Source: Elusimicrobiota bacterium
GTDB taxonomy: Bacteria; Elusimicrobiota; Elusimicrobia; Elusimicrobiales; UBA9959
Direction: 5' to 3'
Length of the DNA stretch: 64,000 nt
Assembly (NCBI GenBank): GCA_026388155.1
Contig: JAPLKI010000006.1
Span: 68,401-132,400 of the forward strand
Numbering within the stretch: the first letter of the stretch is position 1; every line of letters starts with the position of its first letter. The position numbers and the translations under genes were made by a program. Below are positions 27,939 to 37,170 of this stretch, piece after piece. Below the pieces are notes generated by a model. It was not told where the DNA came from, did not search any database, and saw only the letters and a program-made list of their open reading frames with translations.

Positions 27939-28496
27939 TTACTCCCTGTTTTCCAGTTCCCTCCTCAGCACGGCGGCGGCCCTGGACACGCGGGCTAAAG
28001 CCGTGCCTATGGGTATTTTAAGCAAAGCCGCAATTTCCCTGAAAGAAAGGCCGGAATAATGCCTGAGGTAAAAGATCTCGCGCTGATCTTCCGAAAGAAG
28101 CGCGAGAGCTTTTTCAACGCGGCGTTTAAGCTCCAGGTTCTGAACCGCCTGCTCAGGCCCGGGCTCGCCTGAAGCCAGGCAGTCGGCGGCCCCCGGGTTT
28201 TCCGCGTCCCCGTCAAGCGGCACCGTTTTTTGCGCCGAACGGCGCCTGAAATAATCCATGGCCGCGTGGTGCGCCACGGTAAAAAGCCAGGCGGAAAACT
28301 TAAACCGCTCCCCGTAGGCCTTTGGCGACCGGGCAAGCTTGACAAAAACATCCTGGAACAGGTCCTCCGCCGCGGCCGTATTGCCGGTTATGCGCAGAAG
28401 ATAATTAAAAAGCGGCGTTTTGTAGCGGGCAATGATCTCTCCCAGGGCTTCGGTTTCCCCGTTCGCGAAAGCCTCCATCAGTTCAGCGTCGGTCAT
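27939..28496 (-). CDS. ECF (sigma-24/RpoE-like) RNA polymerase sigma factor
   Basis: region 2 (…FQDVFVKLARS…) and region 4 HTH (LSFREIAALLKIPIGTALARVSRA). Confidence 0.85.
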   Translation of the reverse strand: MTDAELMEAFANGETEALGEIIARYKTPLFNYLLRITGNTAAAEDLFQDVFVKLARSPKAYGERFKFSAWLFTVAHHAAMDYFRRRSAQKTVPLDGDAENPGAADCLASGEPGPEQAVQNLELKRRVEKALALLSEDQREIFYLRHYSGLSFREIAALLKIPIGTALARVSRAAAVLRRELENRE

Positions 28497-28620
28497 ATAA
28501 GAAGAAGCGAATAGGGGTTAGCGAATAGCGATTAGGGGAGGAGTTTCCTTCAACACCACAAACCTCTATTCGCTATCCACTGCCCTTTTGCTATTCGCCA
28601 TTCGCTATTTCGCTACCCAC
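28497..28620. repeat. Family-A element copy A5 (core GGGGAGGAGTTTCCTTCAA with GCGAATAG/CTATTCGC arms)
   Basis: gcgaataggggttagcgaatagcgattaggggaggagtttccttcaa…ctattcgctatcc…ctattcgccattcgctatttcgct. Confidence 0.55.
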
Positions 28621-28657
28621 AATAATTTCATACGATATCATTATAAAACTTTATACC

Positions 28658-30787
28658 ATGCGCCTTATAATTATTTTTGCCCTCATTTTGTCTAACGCCT
28701 GCCTCAAAGCCCGGGCCGCGGCTCCCGACAACACGCCGGCCCCGCACTTTGGCCCTTCCGGACAAAGTGCGGGGCAGCCGGACGCCTATTCCTATTATCT
28801 TAAAGGCGAATTGCCGAAGGCCGGAGCCGAATATATGCGTATGGCCGCGCTTGAGCCCGCGAACCCGGAGCCGCTTTTAAACGCCGCCATGTGCTGGCGC
28901 CAGGCCGGACAATACCGTCTGGCCGCGCAGGTCATGGACAAGGCGGCGGCCCTGGCTCCGGACAACCCCGACATTCAGGCGGAAACCGGCTGGCTGAAAT
29001 TCCACCGGGCCGATTACGCCGCCGCCAAGGAGGCCTTTGAGCTGGCGCTGCGTCTCGCGCCGGACCACGAACGCGCCACCCTCGGGCTTGCCAGCGTCTA
29101 TTCAAACCTTGAAGATAAGGATAAAACGATAGAGCTTCTTGGCCGCTATAAACAGCTGCGTCCGGATTTCGCCGGGGTGGACTATATTATCGCCTGGAAT
29201 TACATGAATTTCAAGATGTACAAAGAAGCCGAGGCCGCGCTGATAGAAGCTCTGCGCAAGGACCCGACTTTTACCGAAGCCCGCCTGCCGCTTGCCGGTA
29301 TTTACGCGAGGGACGGCAAGTTCAACGAAGCATGGAACCAATATCACAGGGTGCTTGATTCCGCGCCGGGCCATCCGGTGGCCTCCAAGGCGATAAAAGT
29401 GCTGGAAGGCAAACTTACAAAACAACCGGAAGAGATCCGCCCGCCTTTTAAAATAATCCGCCCGCTTTCCATGGAGCCGATGGATGTGATAAACAGCCTG
29501 TCAAAGTCGACGAAAATGCGCGTGGGCATAGGCACCGGCAACACGGGCAAACAGGGGCGGAATAATTACCTGAAATTCAAGTCTTTTGAGGGGCTTGCCA
29601 TAAACGGCAAGAGAAGCGGCAAATTATACGCCGAACTTCCGCCCGACGAGGAATGGACGGCGGAATACTCCGGGGAACGCCTGGTATTGAAAGATTCAAG
29701 CGGCACGGTTTACGGCCGTTTTAAGGGGCCGCTTATTCTGGCCTCAAAAGACGCGAAAAACGGCTCCGTTATTTTTGAGAGCTCGAAAAAATGCGGCAAC
29801 CCGTGGTTCGCGTTCTCGGACCGCCAGTACCGCGGGGCCATAGAGCTTTATCCTATACGCGGCAGGGGCCTTGGCGTGATAAATATTCTTGAGATGGAAC
29901 AGTACCTCATGGGAGTCGTGCCAAGCGAAGTTTCGGCGCAATGGCCCTATGAAACCCTGAAAGCGCAGGCCGTGATAGCCCGCACCCAGGCTATAATACG
30001 GCGCGCCCGCGGCGGCGCGCACAAGGCCGACGGCTACCATATCTGCGACGGCGAGCACTGCCAGGCCTACAAGGGGATGGGAAACGAGGCCAACTCGACC
30101 AACCGCGCGGTGCTTGACACCGAAGGGGAGCTGCTGCTCTATCACGGCAAACCCGCTTATACCTTTTATCATTCGAACTGCGGCGGCTGGATACAGGCCT
30201 CCGGCGAGGTCCGCGGCTGGGGCGATTCGCCGTATCTCTACGACCACCCCGACAGCGTGGAGATTTCCTCCGCCGCCGCGCTGCCCCCGTGGGAATTCCA
30301 CCTTTGGCTTACCGGCAACCCCGAGGCCAACTGCAATTACCCCGGCAAAGTGCGGGCTTCCGAATACCGCTGGATGAAGATCATAAAGCACAAGGACCTG
30401 GACTTCCGCGTAAAACGGGACTATTCCATAGGCGACCTGCGCGAAATTGTGCCGCTCCGGCGCAGCCGCTCCGGCAACGTGAATTCCATTAAGCTGGTGG
30501 GCTCCAAAAAGACCATAACCATAACCAAAGAGCACCTTATACGGAACCTGCTCGGCTTTGCCCCCCTTAAAAGCACTCTCTTTGAAATTGAAATAAACCG
30601 CTTCAAGGACGGCAGGATACGCAATTACTGGTTTTATGGCGGCGGCTGGGGCCACGCCATAGGGCTGTGCCAGTCGGGCGCGGCGGGACTTGCGGGAAAA
30701 TACAATAAGAACTACAGGGAAATAATTGAATTTTATTTCCCCGGCACCGCGCTGAGGAAAATAAAGTACATCAAAAAGAAAGGCTGA
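28658..30787 (+). CDS. TPR-repeat + SpoIID/LytB-domain protein
   Basis: signal peptide, N-terminal TPRs, C-terminal SpoIID-like region (…YHSNCGGWIQASGEVRGW…); N-terminal coding region contains a Family-B hairpin in frame. Confidence 0.7.
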   Translation: MRLIIIFALILSNACLKARAAAPDNTPAPHFGPSGQSAGQPDAYSYYLKGELPKAGAEYMRMAALEPANPEPLLNAAMCWRQAGQYRLAAQVMDKAAALAPDNPDIQAETGWLKFHRADYAAAKEAFELALRLAPDHERATLGLASVYSNLEDKDKTIELLGRYKQLRPDFAGVDYIIAWNYMNFKMYKEAEAALIEALRKDPTFTEARLPLAGIYARDGKFNEAWNQYHRVLDSAPGHPVASKAIKVLEGKLTKQPEEIRPPFKIIRPLSMEPMDVINSLSKSTKMRVGIGTGNTGKQGRNNYLKFKSFEGLAINGKRSGKLYAELPPDEEWTAEYSGERLVLKDSSGTVYGRFKGPLILASKDAKNGSVIFESSKKCGNPWFAFSDRQYRGAIELYPIRGRGLGVINILEMEQYLMGVVPSEVSAQWPYETLKAQAVIARTQAIIRRARGGAHKADGYHICDGEHCQAYKGMGNEANSTNRAVLDTEGELLLYHGKPAYTFYHSNCGGWIQASGEVRGWGDSPYLYDHPDSVEISSAAALPPWEFHLWLTGNPEANCNYPGKVRASEYRWMKIIKHKDLDFRVKRDYSIGDLREIVPLRRSRSGNVNSIKLVGSKKTITITKEHLIRNLLGFAPLKSTLFEIEINRFKDGRIRNYWFYGGGWGHAIGLCQSGAAGLAGKYNKNYREIIEFYFPGTALRKIKYIKKKG
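28741..28775. repeat. Family-B hairpin copy B3, inside the annotated ORF (encodes PAPHFGPSGQSAGQ)
   Basis: ccccgcactttggcccttccggacaaagtgcgggg; loop in opposite orientation to B1/B2. Confidence 0.6.
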
Positions 30788-30903
30788 AGGCTGAAGTTGA
30801 GAAAATTATCTTATAAACCCTCAGCCCTCAGCCCTCAGCCTTCAGCCTAAACAACCTGCGCCGTTCCTGATTTTGCTAGAATAGCGTGAAGGTAAAAGAC
30901 ATC

Positions 30904-30937
30904 GGCCGTCTGATGAGCATAGCTCCTTATACGGCAC
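30904..30937 (+). promoter_or_regulatory. conserved 5' leader motif GGCCGTCTGATGAGCATAGCTC…ACGGCAC (copy 2 of 2)
   Basis: 23 nt upstream of flotillin ATG; near-identical to 11994-12027. Confidence 0.3.
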
Positions 30938-30959
30938 CTACACAAGTATTGGAGGGGCA

Positions 30960-33041
30960 ATGACAAATACACTTGGGCAACTGATGCTGCAGCCGGATGT
31001 TATAACGGCGATAGTAATGACGCTGGCGATAATTCTTTTTTTGATAGTTTACAATTCCGTGGTCATAGTGGGCGGCGTGCAGATAGCCGTGCTTGAACGG
31101 CGCTGGTTCGGCCGGGCGATGCCCAAAGGCCGCGTGGTGGCCATGCCCGACGAAGTGGGCATTCAGGCGCGCATACTGCCGCCCGGCCTGCACCTGCTGA
31201 TACCTTTCCTTTACCGGGTTGAAAAAAATCTGATGATAAAAGTGGAGGAACAGGAAGTGGGGCTGGTGGAATCCATAGACGGCCTGCCGGTGGCCGCGGG
31301 CAAAATTTTTGCCAAGGTGGTTCCGGGGCACAACCTGTTCCAGGACGGAGAGGAGTTTTTAAAGAACGGCGGCGAAAAGGGCCCGCAGGTACAGATCCTC
31401 CCGCCCGGACTGCACAGGATAAACCCTTACCTTTTCAGAGTGCAGAAAGTTCCGCTGGTAAAGATCCCAAGCGGTAAAATAGGCGTGGTGGTGGCCGCCG
31501 ACGGCCAGCCTATAGTCCCGGGCCGGCTGCTGGCCAAAAGAAGCGAGGGGCACAATAACTTTCAGGACGGTCAGGCGTTCCTGGAAAAAGGCGGGCAGAA
31601 AGGCCCCCAGATAGATATACTGCTGCCCGGCTCCTACCGCATTAACTCAAAAATGTTCTTTATTGAAATGCGCGAAGCCACCATAGTGCCGACCCGGCGC
31701 GTGGGCCTGGTTACGGCAAAAGACGGCGAGCCTTTGCCCGCGGGCGAATATGTGGCAAGGCCGGTTGAAGGACACAAGGAATTTCAGGACGCGGCGAGTT
31801 TTCTTGAGGGCGGCGGCCAGCGCGGGCCGCAGCTTGATTTCCTGAAGCCCGGCACGGTTTACATCAACCCCATGATGTTCGAAGTGAACACGGACGACGT
31901 TCTGCAGGTGCAGCGCGGCGAAGTGGCCGTTATAGTTTCAAACATAGGAAAGGATCCCTCGCAGCAGGCCCCCGTCCCGACGGCCCCGGCTGATTCCGTA
32001 GGCGACGGGCTGAAAGCGGGCGTTGAGCGCTATGTGGTGGAGCCGGGCTACCGCGGCATACAGAAAGAAGTTCTTGGCCCCGGCATGTATTACCTTAACA
32101 AACTGGCTTTCACGCCGCATATCATCCCCACCACCAATATCACCATAGACTGGGCGGAACAGAAACCGGAGCAGTCTATGCCGCTTGTTTTCAACCCGCT
32201 GGCGATAGTTTCAAAAGACGGGTTCGAGATGACGGTGGAAGTGAAAGTGATAATCCGCGTCCTGCCGCAGGAAGCGCCGCACATGGTGGCGCGTATCGGC
32301 ACCATACAGAACCTGATAGAGGCGGTCATACACCCGCTTATAGACAGCTCGTTCCGCAACCAGGCTTCTTCCACCGAGGCCATGATGTTCATGCAGGACC
32401 GGCACGAGCAGCAGCGCAAGGCCGAACAGCATGTGGTGGAGGAGCTGACCAGGTATCATGTTGAATCCGTCAGCGTGCTTATCTGCCAGATAAAGCTGCC
32501 GGAGCGCCTTATGCAGACGCTCACGAATAAAGTGGTGGCCACACAGCAGAAATCCATGTACGACGCCCAGCAGGAAGCGGAAGGCCGCCGCCGGGAGATG
32601 GAAAAGACCAAAGCTCAGGCCGACCTCCAGCCGAACCTGGTAAAAGCTGAAATTGACGTGCAGATAGCGACCCAGCAGAAACAGCAGTCCATCACTATAG
32701 CTGAAGGCCGCGGTCAATCCACCAAGCTTGAACAGCAAGGAATAGCCGGCGGCATTGAGGCGGTCGGCAGGGCGGAAGGCGAAAAGATACGCGCCATAGG
32801 CGACGCCACCGCCCAGGCCTACACAAAACAGGCGCTGGCGCTGGGCCAGTCGCCGCTGGCGGTGATAGAGATAATGAAGCGGGTTTCGGAAGGCAAGATA
32901 AAAATAACGCCTGATGTGCTGGTGCAGGGGGCCTCCGGCGAGGGCGCCTCGTCAAATGTGCTGGCCGCGTTTATAGCGAGCCTGATGGCCGGCACGATAA
33001 AAGTGGTGCAGGGCTCCGGCCCCGATAAACCCGCAGTCTGA
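30960..33041 (+). CDS. flotillin/SPFH-family protein with triplicated ~100-aa N-terminal repeat
   Basis: N-terminal TM; three repeats each containing GHxxFQDGxxFLxxGGxKGPQ…LPPGxxRINP; C-terminal flotillin-like charged coiled coil (…AQQEAEGRRREMEKTKAQADL…). Confidence 0.7.
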   Translation: MTNTLGQLMLQPDVITAIVMTLAIILFLIVYNSVVIVGGVQIAVLERRWFGRAMPKGRVVAMPDEVGIQARILPPGLHLLIPFLYRVEKNLMIKVEEQEVGLVESIDGLPVAAGKIFAKVVPGHNLFQDGEEFLKNGGEKGPQVQILPPGLHRINPYLFRVQKVPLVKIPSGKIGVVVAADGQPIVPGRLLAKRSEGHNNFQDGQAFLEKGGQKGPQIDILLPGSYRINSKMFFIEMREATIVPTRRVGLVTAKDGEPLPAGEYVARPVEGHKEFQDAASFLEGGGQRGPQLDFLKPGTVYINPMMFEVNTDDVLQVQRGEVAVIVSNIGKDPSQQAPVPTAPADSVGDGLKAGVERYVVEPGYRGIQKEVLGPGMYYLNKLAFTPHIIPTTNITIDWAEQKPEQSMPLVFNPLAIVSKDGFEMTVEVKVIIRVLPQEAPHMVARIGTIQNLIEAVIHPLIDSSFRNQASSTEAMMFMQDRHEQQRKAEQHVVEELTRYHVESVSVLICQIKLPERLMQTLTNKVVATQQKSMYDAQQEAEGRRREMEKTKAQADLQPNLVKAEIDVQIATQQKQQSITIAEGRGQSTKLEQQGIAGGIEAVGRAEGEKIRAIGDATAQAYTKQALALGQSPLAVIEIMKRVSEGKIKITPDVLVQGASGEGASSNVLAAFIASLMAGTIKVVQGSGPDKPAV

Positions 33042-33061
33042 GGAAGGTAATAAGTAAAATT

Positions 33062-33095
33062 GAAAAGCCCCGGTTTCCCGGGGCTTTTCAATTTT
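33062..33095 (+). terminator. rho-independent terminator
   Basis: gaaaagccccggtttcccggggcttttcaatttt. Confidence 0.75.
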
Positions 33096-33104
33096 AGCAG
33101 GCAA

Positions 33105-33433
33105 AAAACCTGCGCAAGTTTACCGACCATTAAGGCTCCTGCTGCCTTTTCCACAAAAACCTGCGCAAGTTTATCGGCCATTAAGGCTCCTGCTGCCTTT
33201 TCTCCGCCCCGCCATAAAATAAACCGCCGGGAAGATATGCCCGTAAAAAGGCATAAAAAGCATAAAAAGGTACCAGGTACCTTTTTAAGGGTTGGTTCCC
33301 GATAAATTATCCTTATCTTATAAGCATTTTCTCTATACTAATATAAGGCTCCTGCTGCCTTTTCTCCGCCCCGCCATAAAATAAACCGCCGGGAAGATAT
33401 GCCCGTAAAAAGGTACCTGGTACCTTTTTAAGA
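33105..33433. repeat. cluster of direct repeats: 2 x ~47-bp unit (AAACCTGCGCAAGTTTAYCGRCCATTAAGGCTCCTGCTGCCTTTTC) and 2 x ~90-bp unit ending in GGTACCWGGTACC palindrome
   Basis: units at 33105-33151 / 33156-33204; 33183-33290 / 33346-33433. Confidence 0.6.
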
Positions 33434-33529
33434 GTTGGAAAATCAGCCGTCCTGCTGTAAAACAAAACCGCCGGGCATATTCTCCCGGCGGCAAGTCCCC
33501 AATCTCATAAGCGATTTTGTAACCAGACT

Positions 33530-33775
33530 CTAATGGCAATGTATCTGGGAACTGGTCTTTGCCGAAAACGCCCCCACGCCTATCAGGAAGCCCAATTCGT
33601 ATAATTTTCCCTTGTTGTTCGTTTCATACACCGAAACGTCATCATTGAACAGGCTTACGATGAACGTGATAAGCGCTATCAGGCCGTGCCATAGCCCCAC
33701 CCAGAACCCGGCGGGCGCCGCGCCCTGGACTTTAAACCGAGAATCTTTTCCCGCCACGTATAATCTGTTAGGCAT
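33530..33775 (-). CDS. small hypothetical membrane protein
   Basis: 81 aa, one hydrophobic helix (FWVGLWHGLIALITFIVSLF). Confidence 0.3.
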   Translation of the reverse strand: MPNRLYVAGKDSRFKVQGAAPAGFWVGLWHGLIALITFIVSLFNDDVSVYETNNKGKLYELGFLIGVGAFSAKTSSQIHCH

Positions 33776-33830
33776 ATTTTTATCTCCTTAAATAAATAAC
33801 CGCAAAATGTGAATTTCAAGCGGCCAGGGG

Positions 33831-33905
33831 CTAGCCGTGAGGGGTTGGGGAATGTAAAGAACTCCTTCCCTAATACCCTATACGCTGTACGCTAGATCCC
33901 AACCT
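33831..33905. repeat. Family-A element copy A6 (inverted core)
   Basis: gaggggttggggaatgtaaagaactccttccctaataccctatacgctgtacgc. Confidence 0.55.
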
Positions 33906-33911
33906 CTGCTG

Positions 33912-34913
33912 TTATTTTACTTCCCACGCGTCGGGGCCGGAGAGCAGCGTTTCAAGCTCATTGCCCTTCGTATCGCCCACGGCGGCTACCTGGTTATAAT
34001 AAAGCTCCTCATATGACGGCTTCTCCGAGGCCCGGAATACGCCGAACGGTATCGGGAATTCGGGAGCCTGAAAACCGCTTATCAGGTAGGCCATCTCGGC
34101 ATTGGTTTCGTCATAAACGGCCACCTCGGCGGGTATGGAGCCGGCCTCGAATTCCACTATTTCGGACCTGAAGTTCCTGAACACTATGCCCTTGTTCCTG
34201 TTCTTGCCGAAGATGAGCGGCTTGCCATGTTCCACCTTTATGGTCAGGTCGTCTTTTTTCTGCGGATCTTTGAGATCGTCAAATTCCTTTTCGGAGAAAG
34301 GCAGGCATTTCTGGAATATTTCCACGAACGCCGTGCCTTTATGCCCGGCAGCCCGCTCAAGTATACGGCTTGTGAGCGCCATATCCGTATCCAGGCCGCG
34401 GGCGACAAACGTGCAGTCAAGCCCTATCGCAAAGCGCGCCGGATTGAAGGGATAATCTATGGTTCCCATGGGCGTGGTTTTTGTCTTCGTCCCCAACTGC
34501 GTGGTGGGGCTGGCCTGACCCTTGGTCATCGCGTAAATACGGTTGTTGAAAAGCAGTATTTTCAGGCCGATGTTCCTTCTTATGGCGTGCAGCATATGGT
34601 TGCCGCCTATGGAAAGGCCGTCGCCGTCGCCCGTGACTACCCACACGGAAAGCTCGGGGTTTGAAAGTTTTATGCCCGAAGCCACCGCCGGCGCCCGGCC
34701 GTGTATGGAGTGGACGCCGTAGGTGTTCACGTAATAGGGGAAGCGGCTTGAGCAGCCGATGCCTGAGACCACCACGTATTTCTCGTGCGGCAGGCCCATG
34801 GCGGCCATGGTCTTATGTACCTGGGCGAGTATGGCGAAGTCGCCGCAGCCGGGGCACCACTTTACCGGCTGGCTGGGCGCGAAATCTCTGGCTGTCAGTT
34901 TTGTGTTTTCCAT
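33912..34913 (-). CDS. korB: 2-oxoacid:ferredoxin oxidoreductase beta (TPP-binding) subunit
   Basis: CPGCGDF motif, TPP-binding GDG…N region; start set at MENTKL with GGAGG RBS. Confidence 0.85.
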   Translation of the reverse strand: MENTKLTARDFAPSQPVKWCPGCGDFAILAQVHKTMAAMGLPHEKYVVVSGIGCSSRFPYYVNTYGVHSIHGRAPAVASGIKLSNPELSVWVVTGDGDGLSIGGNHMLHAIRRNIGLKILLFNNRIYAMTKGQASPTTQLGTKTKTTPMGTIDYPFNPARFAIGLDCTFVARGLDTDMALTSRILERAAGHKGTAFVEIFQKCLPFSEKEFDDLKDPQKKDDLTIKVEHGKPLIFGKNRNKGIVFRNFRSEIVEFEAGSIPAEVAVYDETNAEMAYLISGFQAPEFPIPFGVFRASEKPSYEELYYNQVAAVGDTKGNELETLLSGPDAWEVK

Positions 34914-35183
34914 ATTAGGAGCCTCCGTAGAATAAATTGAACATTTGACTGACCGAATTTGTGGCGAAACAAGGAACGAGGAACGCGCTATAGCACCGCT
35001 ATGTAAGTGACGAGTGACGCAGTTGTAGCCCAAAAGTGGTCAGCCCCCTTGGGGAGGCTCACCTTTGAGCGTCTGCTTCGTTACTCCTCCTCAATGTAGG
35101 CCCAGCTACACCTTCGTCGTCGTGCCTCACATCCATCTCAAATCTGAGCCTCCAAATGCTCAAGTTATTCTGCGGAGGCTCCT

Positions 35184-37040
35184 CTATGAACCTCTCAGGA
35201 TTTCTTTTATTTTCACAAGGATCTCGTCCGAATTGAGCGCCTGGCCCTGGACTTTATTGAGACCGATAGGCTCCAGCGCGTAAGCCGCGCGCAGCATCAT
35301 CCTGAACTGGCCGAAATTTTCCTCCGGCACCAGGATCTTTCTGAACCTGCGCATCACCGTTCCAAGGTCCGGCGGCAGCGGGTTCATGTATTTGACATGC
35401 GCGGATGAGACCTGCAGACCCGTCCGCCTGGCCTCGTTCACGGCCTGTGTGATGGCGCCGAATGTGGAACCCCAGCCTACGACCAGCAGATCCCCCTCCA
35501 GCGCGCCGTAGACTTTGGTCGGCGGTATGTCCGCCGCCACTCTGGCGATCTTCTCGGCCCGTAATTTGGACATCAGCTCATGGTTTTCCGGGTCGTGGCT
35601 GACGGCGCCGTCGCCGTCGGATTTTTCAAGACCGCCTATTCTGTGTTCATAGCCTTTAAGGCCGGCGTACGCCCAGGGGCGGGCCAGGGTTTCAGGGTTT
35701 CTCATGTATGGTTTGAACTGTCCCGGCTCCGGCAGGCGCGGAACGTCGAATTTGGGCAGTTCTTTCAGTTTGGGTATCCGGAACGGCTCGGAGCCGTTGG
35801 AGAGATACGCGTTGGAAAGCACTATGACCGGCGTCATATATTTTACGGCTATCCGGGCGGCTTCAAGCGTTGTGGTGAAGCAGTCCGCCGGACTTGAGGC
35901 GGCAAGCACCACCAGCGGCGATTCGCCGTGTCGGCCATAAACGGACTGCAGGAGGTCCGACTGCTCGGTCTTGGTCGGAAGGCCGGTGGAAGGGCCGCCT
36001 CTCTGCACGTTCACTATAACCAGCGGCAGTTCCGTGATGACCGCGAGGCCCATAGCTTCCGTTTTAAGCGAGAGGCCGGGACCGCTGGTGCCGGTGGCGG
36101 CCAGGCACCCCGCGAACGAGGCGCCTATGGAAGCGCAGATCGCGGCTATTTCGTCCTCCGTCTGAAAGACCACCACGTCGTTAGCCCTATGCTTGGCCAG
36201 CGTCTGAAGGATCTCGGTCGCCGGAGTTATGGGATAGGAACCGTAGAAAAGTTTTCTTTTAAGGAGTTTGGCGGCGGTAATAAGCGCGTAAGCCGCGGCC
36301 TCGTTGCCGGTGAGGTTCCGGTAATTGCCCGGCGCCACGGGGCTTTTCTTTATCTGGAATCTGGCGTCGAACATCTCCGTGGCCTCGGAGTAAGCGGAGC
36401 CGGCCGCAAGAACCAGTTGATTGGCTTTGGCCAGTTCCGGCGTTTTTTTGAATTTTATCTTTATCCAGTTCACTGTGGGTTCTAAGGGCAGGCCGTACAT
36501 CCAGTACATGATGCCCAGCATATAGAAATTCTTGCACTTTAAGATCTGCGACCTGGTAAGCCCGGAATCCTTAAGCGTGTTTTCCGTGAGCGTATTCACG
36601 GGCACGGGCAGGACCCTGTAGTTGGCGAGCGTGCCGTCCTCCAGGGGATTGGAACTGTAGCCCGCCTTTTCAAGGGCGCCCTGGTTGAACGCGTCCGAAT
36701 TGGCGATTATCACGGAACCTTTATCCACGTTCTTTATATTGACGGCGAGCGCCGCCGGATTCATGACTATGAGCACATTCGGCTTGGTGCCGGGCGTCTT
36801 GACCGATTCATCGCCGAAACTTATCTGGAACCCGCTGACCCCGCCCAGCGAGCCCGCCGGAGAGCGGACTTCGGACGGATAATCCGGCAAAGTGCTCAGG
36901 TCATTGCCGGCTATAGCGGTGGCATTGGCGAACTGATGGCCCACAAGCTGTATGCCGTCGCCGGAATCGCCGGCGAAACGTATAGTTATGGAATTCAGCT
37001 CGCTTATCTTGACTTCTTTTTTAGATGGGGACTTATTCAT
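35184..37040 (-). CDS. korA: 2-oxoacid:ferredoxin oxidoreductase alpha subunit (gamma-alpha fused)
   Basis: N-terminal gamma-like domain (ITIRFAGDSGDGIQL…), large alpha domain; 618 aa. Confidence 0.85.
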   Translation of the reverse strand: MNKSPSKKEVKISELNSITIRFAGDSGDGIQLVGHQFANATAIAGNDLSTLPDYPSEVRSPAGSLGGVSGFQISFGDESVKTPGTKPNVLIVMNPAALAVNIKNVDKGSVIIANSDAFNQGALEKAGYSSNPLEDGTLANYRVLPVPVNTLTENTLKDSGLTRSQILKCKNFYMLGIMYWMYGLPLEPTVNWIKIKFKKTPELAKANQLVLAAGSAYSEATEMFDARFQIKKSPVAPGNYRNLTGNEAAAYALITAAKLLKRKLFYGSYPITPATEILQTLAKHRANDVVVFQTEDEIAAICASIGASFAGCLAATGTSGPGLSLKTEAMGLAVITELPLVIVNVQRGGPSTGLPTKTEQSDLLQSVYGRHGESPLVVLAASSPADCFTTTLEAARIAVKYMTPVIVLSNAYLSNGSEPFRIPKLKELPKFDVPRLPEPGQFKPYMRNPETLARPWAYAGLKGYEHRIGGLEKSDGDGAVSHDPENHELMSKLRAEKIARVAADIPPTKVYGALEGDLLVVGWGSTFGAITQAVNEARRTGLQVSSAHVKYMNPLPPDLGTVMRRFRKILVPEENFGQFRMMLRAAYALEPIGLNKVQGQALNSDEILVKIKEILRGS

Positions 37041-37170
37041 TTTGCACCTCTTTGGAAGCGCCGTTACTGGACTTGGCGCCTAAATTTATACTACAAATTA
37101 TATAATGAGAGTATCAATAACGCACGACAACCGATTTTTGACCGCCAAAAACATCACCTGAGGAGCCCTT

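Noticed and set aside
33105-33433. CRISPR array
   Set aside because: Repeat units are 47 and ~90 bp, irregularly spaced, with no spacer periodicity and no cas genes in the window.
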